Assembly (NCBI GenBank): GCA_963768835.1
Contig: CAVYJB010000002.1
Coordinates: 72,230-136,229, forward strand
DNA length: 64,000 bases
Direction: 5' to 3'
From: an uncultured bacterium
Lineage (GTDB): Bacteria; Patescibacteriota; Minisyncoccia; UBA6257; GWB1-50-10
Position 1 is the stretch's first letter; every line of letters starts with the position of its first letter. Below, piece by piece: positions 38,210 through 47,571 of the stretch. Under the pieces are notes generated by a model. The model was not told the DNA's origin, ran no database searches, and saw only the letters and a list, made by a program, of their open reading frames with translations. Made by a program: the position numbers and the translations under genes.

Positions 38210-39979
38210 ATGGCAAAGATAAAGATACCAAAAGCCTACCAACCCTCCGATGAGGATCTTTCGAACGTCATTGCCCCCGCGGGGCTCGAGGTGGGCCCCG
38301 CAAACCTGAAAATTGGGGACTACTTCGCAAAGACTGTCTTTGTTTATACTTACCCGCGCTATATCTCGAGCGGTTGGTTCACCCCCATCGTCAACATGCC
38401 GCAGATGATGGACATCTCCCTTTTCATCCATCCAATGGACACTGCGCTCGCGCTTCGCAACCTCCGCAAGAAGATTACGGAAATTCAGGCGGAAATCACC
38501 GAGCATGAGGAAAAGGGGATTGTGCGCGACCCCATTCTTGAGACGGCCTACGAAGACATCGAAAACCTCCGAGATGCTCTTCAGCAGTCGCGCGAGAAAC
38601 TTTTCGAAGTTGGCATCTACCTCACTATCTACGGACGGACTCCCGAAGAGCTCGCGAAGATTGAAAGTACGGTTCAGTCCACCCTCGAAGCGAAGCTTGT
38701 GTACACGAAACCAGCGCTTTTCCGACAACTCGAGGGGTTCGAATCCGTTCTTCCCGAGGGGCACGATTCGCTCGCTATCCACACGCCCCTAAACAGTGCT
38801 CCTGTTTCCTCCATCTTCCCGTTCGTTTCCCCCGACCTTACCTCGGATCGAGGTATCCTCTACGGCGTGAATATGCACAACAATAGCCTCATTATTTTCG
38901 ACCGTTTTTCGCTCGAGAACGCGAATTCGGTTGTTTTTGCGAAGTCCGGCTCGGGAAAATCGTATGCAACGAAGCTCGAGATCCTTCGCTCTATGATGCT
39001 TGGAACGGATGTTATCGTCATTGACCCGGAAAATGAGTATCAGAACTTGGCGAATGCTATAGGAGGAAGTTACTTCAAGATATCGCTCACCTCCCAGAAC
39101 CACATCAACCCTTTCGATATCCCTGTCATCCCAGAAGGAGAAGAGCCGGGCGATGTTTTCAAGTCTCACGTCTTAAACCTCACCGGCCTTGTAAAGCTCA
39201 TGCTCGGCACTGTCACGCCCGAGGAAGACGCGCTCCTCGACCGCGTCATCACGGAAACCTATGCCTCCCGCGACATTACGGCTGAGAGTTTCGGAGGGTC
39301 TCAGGCTCTCACACCACCACTTCTTGGAGATCTGCAAACTATTCTTGAGAACACTGAGGGGGGGCGTGGAATCGCACAGCGGCTGGATAAGTTCACCCGC
39401 GGCTCCTATGCGGGTTTCACAAACGCCCCCACAAATGTCGATATCGCGAATCGTCTGATTGTGTTTTCCATTCGGGACCTCGAGGAAGAGCTGCGGCCCG
39501 TCGCAATGTACATTGTCCTCAACTTCGTATGGAGTCTTGTGCGCTCCCAGTTAAAGCGCCGGCTGCTTATTATCGACGAGGCGTGGTGGATGATGAAATA
39601 CCGCGATTCGGCGTCGTTCCTTTTCGGTCTTGTGAAACGCGCTCGGAAATACTACCTCGGTATCACGACTGTTACGCAGGATGTCGAGGACTTCGTGAAA
39701 TCGGAGTATGGTCGCCCCATCATCACAAATTCTTCGCTTCAGCTGCTCCTTAAACAATCCCCAACCTCTATCGGCGCCGTGGGTGAGGCCTTCGATCTTA
39801 CGGATGGAGAACGGGCGCTGCTCCTCGAGGCGGGGGTGGGGGAAGGCCTTTTCTTCGCCGGCCTCAAGCACGTCGCTATCAAGGTGGTGGCTTCTTACAC
39901 CGAGGATCAAATTATTACTACAAACCCGGAACAGATGATATCGATTAAAGGTCTCCAGAAATCGGCTCCGCCCGCCTGA
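38210..39979 (+). CDS. VirB4-like ATPase
   Basis: Walker A AKSGSGKS, IDPENEY, INPFD, Walker B IIDEAW, RARKY and TQDVED motifs. Confidence 0.92.
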   Translation: MAKIKIPKAYQPSDEDLSNVIAPAGLEVGPANLKIGDYFAKTVFVYTYPRYISSGWFTPIVNMPQMMDISLFIHPMDTALALRNLRKKITEIQAEITEHEEKGIVRDPILETAYEDIENLRDALQQSREKLFEVGIYLTIYGRTPEELAKIESTVQSTLEAKLVYTKPALFRQLEGFESVLPEGHDSLAIHTPLNSAPVSSIFPFVSPDLTSDRGILYGVNMHNNSLIIFDRFSLENANSVVFAKSGSGKSYATKLEILRSMMLGTDVIVIDPENEYQNLANAIGGSYFKISLTSQNHINPFDIPVIPEGEEPGDVFKSHVLNLTGLVKLMLGTVTPEEDALLDRVITETYASRDITAESFGGSQALTPPLLGDLQTILENTEGGRGIAQRLDKFTRGSYAGFTNAPTNVDIANRLIVFSIRDLEEELRPVAMYIVLNFVWSLVRSQLKRRLLIIDEAWWMMKYRDSASFLFGLVKRARKYYLGITTVTQDVEDFVKSEYGRPIITNSSLQLLLKQSPTSIGAVGEAFDLTDGERALLLEAGVGEGLFFAGLKHVAIKVVASYTEDQIITTNPEQMISIKGLQKSAPPA

Positions 39980-39981
39980 TC

Positions 39982-40473
39982 ATGGAACCTGCCCACCAAA
40001 AAATCGAGGTTGGCGAGATGGTGCTTTACACCCTCCTCGCAATTCTTGTTTCCGGCGCGTGCGCAATCTTGGATCTTTTCGTCGTTGGTCTCTTGATTTC
40101 CCCACTCCTGAACGCAGCTTTCGTTCTCATCCTCGATTACACTCTCCTGAAGCCCCGCGGGGGCCAGACGACGGGAAAGATTGGGCGTCAAATCGCGAAG
40201 TACGCTGCGGGCCTTATCCCGATTCTTCCCACGTCTGTGGCGGTGCTCTGGTTTGAAATCGTGAACCACAATCATCCAAAACTCACGGCTTTGGCTACCA
40301 AAACGGGCGGCGCTGCACTTGGTGGGGCGCTCGGCGGTCCTGCTGGAGCTAGAATCGGCCAAGCGGTGGGAGGCTATGCTACCAACGAGTCAGCCTCCCA
40401 GGCTATCCGCGGGAACATTGTTGCCGCCCCACGCCCTTCGCTCCAGCGGTCTGCCTATAGGGAAGCTGCTTAA
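39982..40473 (+). CDS. Hypothetical membrane protein with glycine zipper
   Basis: TM helices plus GGAALGGALGGPAGARIGQAVGG. Confidence 0.7.
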   Translation: MEPAHQKIEVGEMVLYTLLAILVSGACAILDLFVVGLLISPLLNAAFVLILDYTLLKPRGGQTTGKIGRQIAKYAAGLIPILPTSVAVLWFEIVNHNHPKLTALATKTGGAALGGALGGPAGARIGQAVGGYATNESASQAIRGNIVAAPRPSLQRSAYREAA

Positions 40474-40477
40474 CGCA

Positions 40478-41197
40478 ATGAAAAATAAAAAGATATCAGT
40501 CGGATTCAGGAAAAATGCTGTTTTTTTCGGAGTGGGTGTGGTTTTAGTCATGTCCCTTCTTCTTCCCAGCACCAGCATTGTTCATGCTGCGATACCACCG
40601 GGGCAGGTAATTCTCACTTGGCAGGCGAATAATTTCTATCCAGCGGACTATGTAGGCAAGGCTCTTGTTACACCAGGTACGCCGGTTTCCGTCTCTGTGG
40701 AATACGCGGAGAATGGGAAGCTTGTAGACCTTTCGCGCGCTTCGATTGCTTGGTATGTGGATGAAAATTTCGTCGGTAGTGGCGCGGGGAAAAAGGAAAT
40801 TGTTTTTATCTCCAATGGAGCTGCGGGAGGAAGCCATTTTGTCCGCGTCTCCATCTTGAGTGGAAGCGAGACGCTCGACACTTCCATACGCATTCCGATT
40901 GTTAACCCCAAAACAGTTATCGATGCGCCTTTTCCAAACGACACCGTGCCGGCTAGCTCCAAAATCTCGTTGAGCGCTTCCCCTTTCTTTTGGAACATCC
41001 CAGATATTCAGGGGCTTCAGTTTACGTGGCAGGCGAACGGCAGTCAGGCACAAGCAACTGGGGACACGAGCCTCGACCTTACGGTCGGTACCCCGCGTTC
41101 AGCAAGCGACCAATTTCTTCTCCTTTCCCTTCTCACCCAGAATTCGACAAATCCTTTGGAGTTCTCAAATGATCACGCGAAGCTTATAATCCAATAG
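40478..41197 (+). CDS. Secreted Ig/PKD-like protein
   Basis: Signal peptide, LTWQANNFYPADYVGKAL, and two beta-sandwich-like halves (IAWYVD, FTWQANG). Confidence 0.7.
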   Translation: MKNKKISVGFRKNAVFFGVGVVLVMSLLLPSTSIVHAAIPPGQVILTWQANNFYPADYVGKALVTPGTPVSVSVEYAENGKLVDLSRASIAWYVDENFVGSGAGKKEIVFISNGAAGGSHFVRVSILSGSETLDTSIRIPIVNPKTVIDAPFPNDTVPASSKISLSASPFFWNIPDIQGLQFTWQANGSQAQATGDTSLDLTVGTPRSASDQFLLLSLLTQNSTNPLEFSNDHAKLIIQ

Positions 41198-41201
41198 AAC
41201 T

Positions 41202-41924
41202 ATGTTTCGATCTCAAGCGTTTCTCCTACTTCTCGTCGTCGGATTTATGGCAATGACTTTTGTGGCGCCTTTTTTGGCTCGTGCTGCGAACCTAGATACC
41301 ACGTTCGCCAATCCAGGCTACGTCCCACCTACGGATGCGAGTGGTGCGGTTAATATTGGTTTATATATCCAGCAGGTTTACAACTTCGCGGTTGGAATCT
41401 CCGGCATTCTTGCGGTGGGACTCATCGCGGTCGGTGGCATCATGTACGCCATTTCAGGGGGACGCCCCGACCGCCAGAACGAGGGGAAAGAGATGATTAT
41501 CGGCGCGCTCTGGGGTCTCGTGCTTTTATTCGGCTCCTACTTCATTCTCAAGACCATAAATCCGCAGATTGTAGCTCTGAACACGCCGGGCGGGACAGGA
41601 TTCGCGACTGCGCTAGCACCCTCGGCGACAACCACGACAACAAGCCCCTGTGGCAACATCTCATGCGCGGCGCATACCTACTTGAATCAAGGAACCTCTT
41701 TTCTTCTACCTACCTGCGGTCAGTTGGGGATAAATGACTGCACGGTGAATGTCGTCTTGGGCGTTACGGCCCATGCCCAGTACAACAACACAGAGATATG
41801 GCAGGCTGCGTATTACCCTTCAAGGGGGGGGACTGCACAATGTGTTGTCTACGCCTACAGGGACCCAGGAGAGAGTGTGACCATGATGACACCGAGTATG
41901 TCCGGACTCGCCCTGTGCCCCTAA
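41202..41924 (+). CDS. VirB2-like pilin with Cys-rich C-terminal extension
   Basis: GGIMYAISGG...GKEMIIGALWGL...ILKTINPQ pilin motif, a Thr-rich linker and six Cys. Confidence 0.8.
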   Translation: MFRSQAFLLLLVVGFMAMTFVAPFLARAANLDTTFANPGYVPPTDASGAVNIGLYIQQVYNFAVGISGILAVGLIAVGGIMYAISGGRPDRQNEGKEMIIGALWGLVLLFGSYFILKTINPQIVALNTPGGTGFATALAPSATTTTTSPCGNISCAAHTYLNQGTSFLLPTCGQLGINDCTVNVVLGVTAHAQYNNTEIWQAAYYPSRGGTAQCVVYAYRDPGESVTMMTPSMSGLALCP

Positions 41925-41928
41925 TATC

Positions 41929-43092
41929 ATGTCCTCACGCACACGAATCATCGTCATTGCTTGCGCTCTTGTTATTGTTGGGGTTCTGGTCGTCGTTGCC
42001 TGGAACAGGATTTTTTCTTCGATACCTACTACAACACCTCCATCGACTAGTGGGGGTGGGAGCGCCCTTCCTATTGCACCATCAAACCCCGGGGGGGTGG
42101 CTGGACCATCCACCGTCACGGGGAGCGGTGTGACGCTACGCCGTCTTTCGGACGGTCCCGCCTTCGGTCTCTGGGCCGTGCCGGGCACCGGGGAGGTTTA
42201 CTACCTTACCCTTGAGGGCTCTGTTATGGATGCTAAGGAGGGCCCCGATCTTGAGATCTCGTCTCAGCCGATGCAAGCTCTGAACCGCATTATTCCCTCC
42301 GCGGACGGTTCGGAAGTGCTTGCCGCTTTTGGAAATCCTGCGGCCCCTTCATGGGGCATCTTTAGCTTGACCGATAAGGCATGGCATCCTCTTCCGACGG
42401 AAATTACGGAGGCGGCATGGGGATGGAAACCCAACCAACTCTTGGTCCTTATGAAGGTCTCCGATCTCACTTCGCTTGCAACTGCGGATATCTCAAAAAC
42501 CCCCATAGCCTACGCTGTGATTCTAAAAGATTTCCGGTTGAAAGATGTTCATCTTCAAGCGGAATCTCCTCAGGACATTCTTATATACGAAAAGCCTTCC
42601 GCTAATCTCGCGGGCCACCTTTGGGAGCTCGATAGCAAAACACTCGCGTGGAACCTTCTTCTCAAAGAAGAGCAGGGTCTTACGCTTGGGTGGTCGACTG
42701 ACGGATCGCTGCTTTTCAAGTACTCTCCTTCGCAGGGCTTCGTTATTCTAAACAACCAGCTAGGAATCGCCCTCCCGGCACCATTTACCACATTTCCTTC
42801 AAAATGTGCATCAATTGCTTCCTCGACGGCGTTTTGCTTCGTTCCCCAGAACCTTCCGACGCCGGGTCCGAGCGTGAGTCTTCCGGACGACTACTTCATG
42901 CGAACCCTTTACACCATTGATAATCTTTACCAGGTAACTTCGGTGGGGGGCTCAAGCAAGCTTTTCACCAGCTTTTCGGATTCCTTCCCCGCCATTGATG
43001 CAGAAAACCCGGTTATAGTAGCTGGGTCTGTTTACTTCCGGAACCGCTACGATAACTTTATTTACGAGCTTACTGTTCCGGTGACGCCTTGA
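41929..43092 (+). CDS. Membrane-anchored beta-propeller-like hypothetical protein
   Basis: TM helix, Ser/Thr/Pro linker, W-containing beta repeats, TFPSKC..FCFVP..LPDDY. Confidence 0.7.
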   Translation: MSSRTRIIVIACALVIVGVLVVVAWNRIFSSIPTTTPPSTSGGGSALPIAPSNPGGVAGPSTVTGSGVTLRRLSDGPAFGLWAVPGTGEVYYLTLEGSVMDAKEGPDLEISSQPMQALNRIIPSADGSEVLAAFGNPAAPSWGIFSLTDKAWHPLPTEITEAAWGWKPNQLLVLMKVSDLTSLATADISKTPIAYAVILKDFRLKDVHLQAESPQDILIYEKPSANLAGHLWELDSKTLAWNLLLKEEQGLTLGWSTDGSLLFKYSPSQGFVILNNQLGIALPAPFTTFPSKCASIASSTAFCFVPQNLPTPGPSVSLPDDYFMRTLYTIDNLYQVTSVGGSSKLFTSFSDSFPAIDAENPVIVAGSVYFRNRYDNFIYELTVPVTP

Positions 43093-43115
43093 TTTGTTTT
43101 CTCAATGATTAAAAC

Positions 43116-43142
43116 AAAAAATCCGCATGAGCGGATTTTTTT
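43116..43142. terminator. Bidirectional terminator
   Basis: AAAAAATCCGC-ATGA-GCGGATTTTTT between convergent genes. Confidence 0.8.
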
Positions 43143-43155
43143 GTAGAACAGCTGA

Positions 43156-43590
43156 CTACTGGACGTGTTTGATAACCACTCGGCGCTCCTTGCCGACCCC
43201 CGTGCTTTCGGTGGTCAGCTCGGGATGCGTCGTAATTTCCATGTGCACAAGGCGGCGTTCGTAGGCGTTCATGGGGGGCAGCTCCACTTCGGTTTTTGAA
43301 ATCATCGCTTTTTTAGCCGCTGCACGCGCAAGCTCCGTGATAAGACGCTCCCGCTCCTTGCGATAGTAATTCACGTCGACAACGAACGAGGGGAGGTTTT
43401 CCTTCCGAAGCATCAGGTTCACGACGTGATCCACGGCTACAAGGAAGGGAGCGGTCCCGTCTTCCACGAGGCGGTCGGTGATAACGATTGAAACGCGCCG
43501 ACGAGGCTCGTCGAGAGTCACCTCGACGTCGTTGAACCCCATCATAAGGATAAGTGTTTTGATCCGTTCCAGAAGAATTTCTGTGGTCAT
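43156..43590 (-). CDS. jag: Jag/R3H-domain protein
   Basis: VDVNYY, LPPMNAYERRLVH and TESTG motifs; follows yidC. Confidence 0.85.
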   Translation of the reverse strand: MTTEILLERIKTLILMMGFNDVEVTLDEPRRRVSIVITDRLVEDGTAPFLVAVDHVVNLMLRKENLPSFVVDVNYYRKERERLITELARAAAKKAMISKTEVELPPMNAYERRLVHMEITTHPELTTESTGVGKERRVVIKHVQ

Positions 43591-44294
43591 TGGGGTTGGT
43601 TAGTTTGCGTTTTGAGTGCGGTGACTTCGGGTGGCACCGGCAGGTGTCGGTTGATGTAGAGCTGCTGGAAAACCGAGAAGATGGTGGAGGTAACCCAATA
43701 GAGACCGATGGCGGAAGGTAGGTTCCAGAGGATGACGAGGGTGAGAACGGGGCCCATCACGACCATTGTTCTCCCCATTGAAGCCATGGGATTTCCGCTG
43801 TCCTTGGCGACCGCTTTCGGCAACGCGAGCCTCCCTTGAAGGTACTGTAGGCCCGCGGCCAGGAGCGCTACCACAATACTCTTCGCTCCCAGGTTTATTA
43901 AACCCAAAAAACTGTTGCTGTCAAACGCTCCGCCTCCCAATCCTCTCGTGAACACTTGAAAAAGCGCGATGAAAATAGGGAGCTGTACGAGTAATAGAAG
44001 GAGTCCGGAGAAGGGATTCAGGCGGTGTTTTTTATAAAGATCGAGTAGTTCTTTCGCTTGCTTCTCTTTGTCATCCTTGTGGTCCAGCTGGATTTTTTTT
44101 ATGTGTGGTTGGAGATGCTGCATGAGCGTCTGGTCGCGTGTTCCTTTGTAAAAAATGGGGAAGAGCACGGCACGCACAAGAACGGTAAGCATCACGATCG
44201 AGAGACCGAGATCGTGGAATGCGAGTGTTCGGTAAATGAAAATAAGCGCATCAAGGATGGGCTGGTAAATATAAGAATTGAAAAGATTACCCAT
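43587..44294 (-). CDS. yidC: Membrane protein insertase YidC (short form)
   Basis: LQPHIKKIQ, NPFSG, VQLPIFIAL and LPSAIGLYW motifs. Confidence 0.93.
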   Translation of the reverse strand: MGNLFNSYIYQPILDALIFIYRTLAFHDLGLSIVMLTVLVRAVLFPIFYKGTRDQTLMQHLQPHIKKIQLDHKDDKEKQAKELLDLYKKHRLNPFSGLLLLLVQLPIFIALFQVFTRGLGGGAFDSNSFLGLINLGAKSIVVALLAAGLQYLQGRLALPKAVAKDSGNPMASMGRTMVVMGPVLTLVILWNLPSAIGLYWVTSTIFSVFQQLYINRHLPVPPEVTALKTQTNQPQ

Positions 44295-44298
44295 AAGA

Positions 44299-44535
44299 TT
44301 AGGAGGTTTTTTGGAGTAGTTCGTCCCGGACCTCGTTGAATGTGGCGCGCAGGGCTTCTGGGCGAGCAATTACCGTGAGCCCGCTGCGGCCGGAAATTCG
44401 GCCCTGAAGTACCGAGCGAACGCGTCGCCGGAGGCGATTTCGATCCACGGCGCGTCGCGCCGCCGACTTGGGAATGACCACGATTAGTGGTTTTTCCTTC
44501 GTTTTTCGCTCGTGCACTCGAAGGGCGAAAAGCAC
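44299..44535 (-). CDS. rnpA: RNase P protein component (short; start uncertain)
   Basis: AVDRNRLRRR RNR motif; lies between rpmH and yidC. Confidence 0.8.
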   Translation of the reverse strand: MLFALRVHERKTKEKPLIVVIPKSAARRAVDRNRLRRRVRSVLQGRISGRSGLTVIARPEALRATFNEVRDELLQKTS

Positions 44536-44539
44536 GTCG

Positions 44540-44674
44540 CTAGACGGACAACTTCTTGCGTCCCTTGGCCCGTCGCCGGCGAATAGTGGCTCTTCCACCG
44601 GCGCTGCGGCTCCGGACGCGGAACCCATGGGTCTTCTTTCGTTTTCTCTTCCTGGGTTGGTAGGTAACACTCAT
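44540..44674 (-). CDS. rpmH: 50S ribosomal protein L34
   Basis: [21 protein letters not shown]...[12 protein letters not shown]. Confidence 0.97.
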   Translation of the reverse strand: MSVTYQPRKRKRKKTHGFRVRSRSAGGRATIRRRRAKGRKKLSV

Positions 44675-44866
44675 AGGGAAGTGGGTTCTTGGTTCCTCCT
44701 TCGACTCGGTGGGATTGTAACACGGGCGACGGCCTTCGGCAATCAAAAACCACCGACAGGGTTATGAACAGTTCGTGCACAATTAGAACACGAAGGATCT
44801 TTGTATTCAACGTTGCATCCAGATACAATACTCGTAAGATTGAGGTTGCGCGGACCCAACTACATC

Positions 44867-46246
44867 ATGGACACCAAAGAGCTCTGGCAATCGGTGTTAG
44901 GCGAGATCGAACTGCAGATTTCGCGCCCTAATTATCTTACGTGGTTTAAAAATAGTCGGCTTGTGGATACAAACGAAAAAGATGGCATCGCTTTGGTGGG
45001 GCTACCCAATAACTTCGCCCGAGAGTGGGTGAAAAACCGCTATCACAAGTTGATTCTTGGATCGCTCCGTAATCTCAACGTCTCTATTAAGCACGTTAAT
45101 TACACCGTATTGAACCAAGCAACAACACTCCCGAAGGTGGTGCGCGCTGGACAGGGCGTTCCCTCGGCTCCGCTCACCGACGAGAAGCAGTTACCAATCA
45201 CAGAACTTAAGGTGGACCCGGTTTCCAACCTAAACCCTCGCTACACATTCGCTTCTTTTGTCGTCGGGTCTTCTAACGACATAGCGAATGCTGCCATCCA
45301 GGCCGTAATCCAAGACGTGGGGCGCAAATACAACCCGCTTTTTATTTACGGCGGTGTTGGTCTCGGAAAGACCCACCTTCTCCAAGCTGCGGGGAATGCG
45401 ATCGTTGAGCGTTACCACGGGAAAGTGCGAGTTCTTTATGTGACGTCAGAAAAGTTTATTAACGATGTTGTTTGGGCGGTCAGGAACAAACGGATGGAGG
45501 ATGTGAAAAAACGGTATCGAGACGTCGACGTTCTCATTATCGACGACATACAGTTTATTGGGGGGAAGCCAACAACAGAACTGGAGTTTTTTTATACCTT
45601 CAACGCTCTCCACGAAAACAACAAGCAAATTATTCTTTCCTCGGACCGGCCTCCGGCAGCCATACCAACCCTGGAGGAACGCCTCCAGTCGCGTTTCGAG
45701 GGTGGTATGCTCGCAGACATCACCTACCCCGACTACGAAATGCGGCTCGCCATTCTTAAAACACGGGCGCAGGAGCAAAACTGGAATGTTTCCAATCTTG
45801 TTTTGGAACAAATTGCGGCGAGGGTCCAAAAAAACATTCGGGAGCTTGAGGGGGTTCTAAATAAGGTGGTTTTTTACCAAACCTACAAACGTGGGGTGGT
45901 AGATCAGCACAAACTGGAAGAGATTATCAGTGAAACGGCCCAAGTAAGCGCTAAGAACATAACGCCGAACGACGTAACCAAGGCGGTAGCGGACTTTTTT
46001 GAGGTCCAGTTAGGGGAACTTACGGACCGGAGTCGGAAGCAGGAAATTGTAGAACCCCGTCAGATTGCGATGTTCTTACTTAGAGATATCCTAAAACTGT
46101 CTTATCCCCACATTGGAGAGAAACTAGGGAAAAGAGATCACACGACCGCGATCCACGCATACGAAAAGATAAGTCGGGAAATGAACCAGAATCCCACCTT
46201 GAACCAGAAGATTATGCTTATACGTGAACGTCTGTATAAGACCTAG
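44867..46246 (+). CDS. dnaA: Chromosomal replication initiator DnaA
   Basis: NPLFIYGGVGLGKTHL, IIDDIQF, LQSRFEGG and RDHTT motifs. Confidence 0.98.
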   Translation: MDTKELWQSVLGEIELQISRPNYLTWFKNSRLVDTNEKDGIALVGLPNNFAREWVKNRYHKLILGSLRNLNVSIKHVNYTVLNQATTLPKVVRAGQGVPSAPLTDEKQLPITELKVDPVSNLNPRYTFASFVVGSSNDIANAAIQAVIQDVGRKYNPLFIYGGVGLGKTHLLQAAGNAIVERYHGKVRVLYVTSEKFINDVVWAVRNKRMEDVKKRYRDVDVLIIDDIQFIGGKPTTELEFFYTFNALHENNKQIILSSDRPPAAIPTLEERLQSRFEGGMLADITYPDYEMRLAILKTRAQEQNWNVSNLVLEQIAARVQKNIRELEGVLNKVVFYQTYKRGVVDQHKLEEIISETAQVSAKNITPNDVTKAVADFFEVQLGELTDRSRKQEIVEPRQIAMFLLRDILKLSYPHIGEKLGKRDHTTAIHAYEKISREMNQNPTLNQKIMLIRERLYKT

Positions 46247-46463
46247 ATATTCTGTGGATGGTTGGGAATAAAATAATTACTTTTTCTTTTTTTATCAACA
46301 CCAAGAGTAGAAGAATCCACAGTTAAGAACTTTTTGGTTCTAAATAAAAACCAGTTTTTCTCGACCTATAAATAAGTTTTCCACATATCCACAGTCCTAC
46401 TATAACTACTTCTTCTTATCTTTACTATGAAACATATCGGAGGGGTGGTGGGTAAAACAAAAT
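46247..46463. other. Probable oriC
   Basis: AT-rich dnaA-dnaN spacer with several DnaA-box-like 9-mers. TTTTCCACA and ATATCCACA (46377-46393) are followed by GTCC and the DnaA-trio-like tract TACTATAACTACTTCTTCT. Confidence 0.85.
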
Positions 46464-47567
46464 ATGAAGGTTATTGTTTTAAGAAATAATTTTCTAGAAG
46501 GACTCACGATTGTTGAGCGGGCGGTGGGTGCCAACACCAACCTCCCGGTTTTGAAAAGTGTCCATATCCGGACAGAGGAGGGGCGTATTCTTCTTTCAGC
46601 AACCGATCTTGAGCTTGCGATAAGAAGTACGGTTTCTGGTAAGGTTGTTGAGGGAGGAGAGTGTGTAGTTCCTTTTAATGTTTTAAACACTATCGTAAAA
46701 AACGTACCAGCAGAACGTTTAACCCTAGAAGAAAAAGAACGCAAACTTTTGATCAGTACCGACAACTACGAAGCGGTTATTCAAGGACAAAGCCCCAAAG
46801 ATTTCCCTATTATCCCAAGTATCCAAAATGCCGAACAATCACTTGTTTTAAGTAGTAAAGAATTCCGCGACGCCCTCACCGCTGTTACGGTGGCGGTTCA
46901 GTACTCTGAGATTCGGCCAGAGATTAGTGGGGTACTTTTTCGGCTAGAAAACCGCCGGGTGATTCTTGTTGGTACTGATAGTTTCCGGCTTGTAGAAACA
47001 TCCTTTCCTATCGAGAAAAGCTCAGGACTCGAGACCTTCTCAATGATTATACCGCTCAAAACCGCAGAGGACCTTCTCCGAATTCTAGATGGGCAAAACG
47101 AGTCAATTGAAATAACAAGCGACTCAAACCAAGCGCTTTTCCGGACCCCCACGAGGCAAATCACCTCCCGGCTAATTGATGGAGCGTTTCCTGAATACCA
47201 AGCAGTAATTCCCAAAGAGACGCAGTCTGATGCCGAAGTCGACCGAGAGGAGCTCCTTGGGGCAGTGAGGCTCACCGCCACATTTGCTGGACGTACCCAA
47301 GGGATAACAGTGAGTGTTGGAGATAGTAAAAAATTCATAGAACTTTCTTCCGCGGATACCACACTCGGAGAAAACCAATATCGGGTTCCTATCAAACTAC
47401 GCGGCGAGAAATTCTCTGCGATCCTTAACTGGCGCTATCTCATGGACGGACTTAAGATCTACAAGTCCGAGGAGATAACAATAGGAATTTCGCCCGAGCG
47501 CCCCGCGATTATTCGGACGAGCTCCGAACCATTTCTCCTTTACGTCCTAATGCCTATCAAGCTTTAG
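46464..47567 (+). CDS. dnaN: DNA polymerase III beta clamp
   Basis: SATDLE, GTDSFRL, SRLIDGAFPEY and YVLMPIKL motifs. Confidence 0.97.
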   Translation: MKVIVLRNNFLEGLTIVERAVGANTNLPVLKSVHIRTEEGRILLSATDLELAIRSTVSGKVVEGGECVVPFNVLNTIVKNVPAERLTLEEKERKLLISTDNYEAVIQGQSPKDFPIIPSIQNAEQSLVLSSKEFRDALTAVTVAVQYSEIRPEISGVLFRLENRRVILVGTDSFRLVETSFPIEKSSGLETFSMIIPLKTAEDLLRILDGQNESIEITSDSNQALFRTPTRQITSRLIDGAFPEYQAVIPKETQSDAEVDREELLGAVRLTATFAGRTQGITVSVGDSKKFIELSSADTTLGENQYRVPIKLRGEKFSAILNWRYLMDGLKIYKSEEITIGISPERPAIIRTSSEPFLLYVLMPIKL

Positions 47568-47571
47568 TCCT

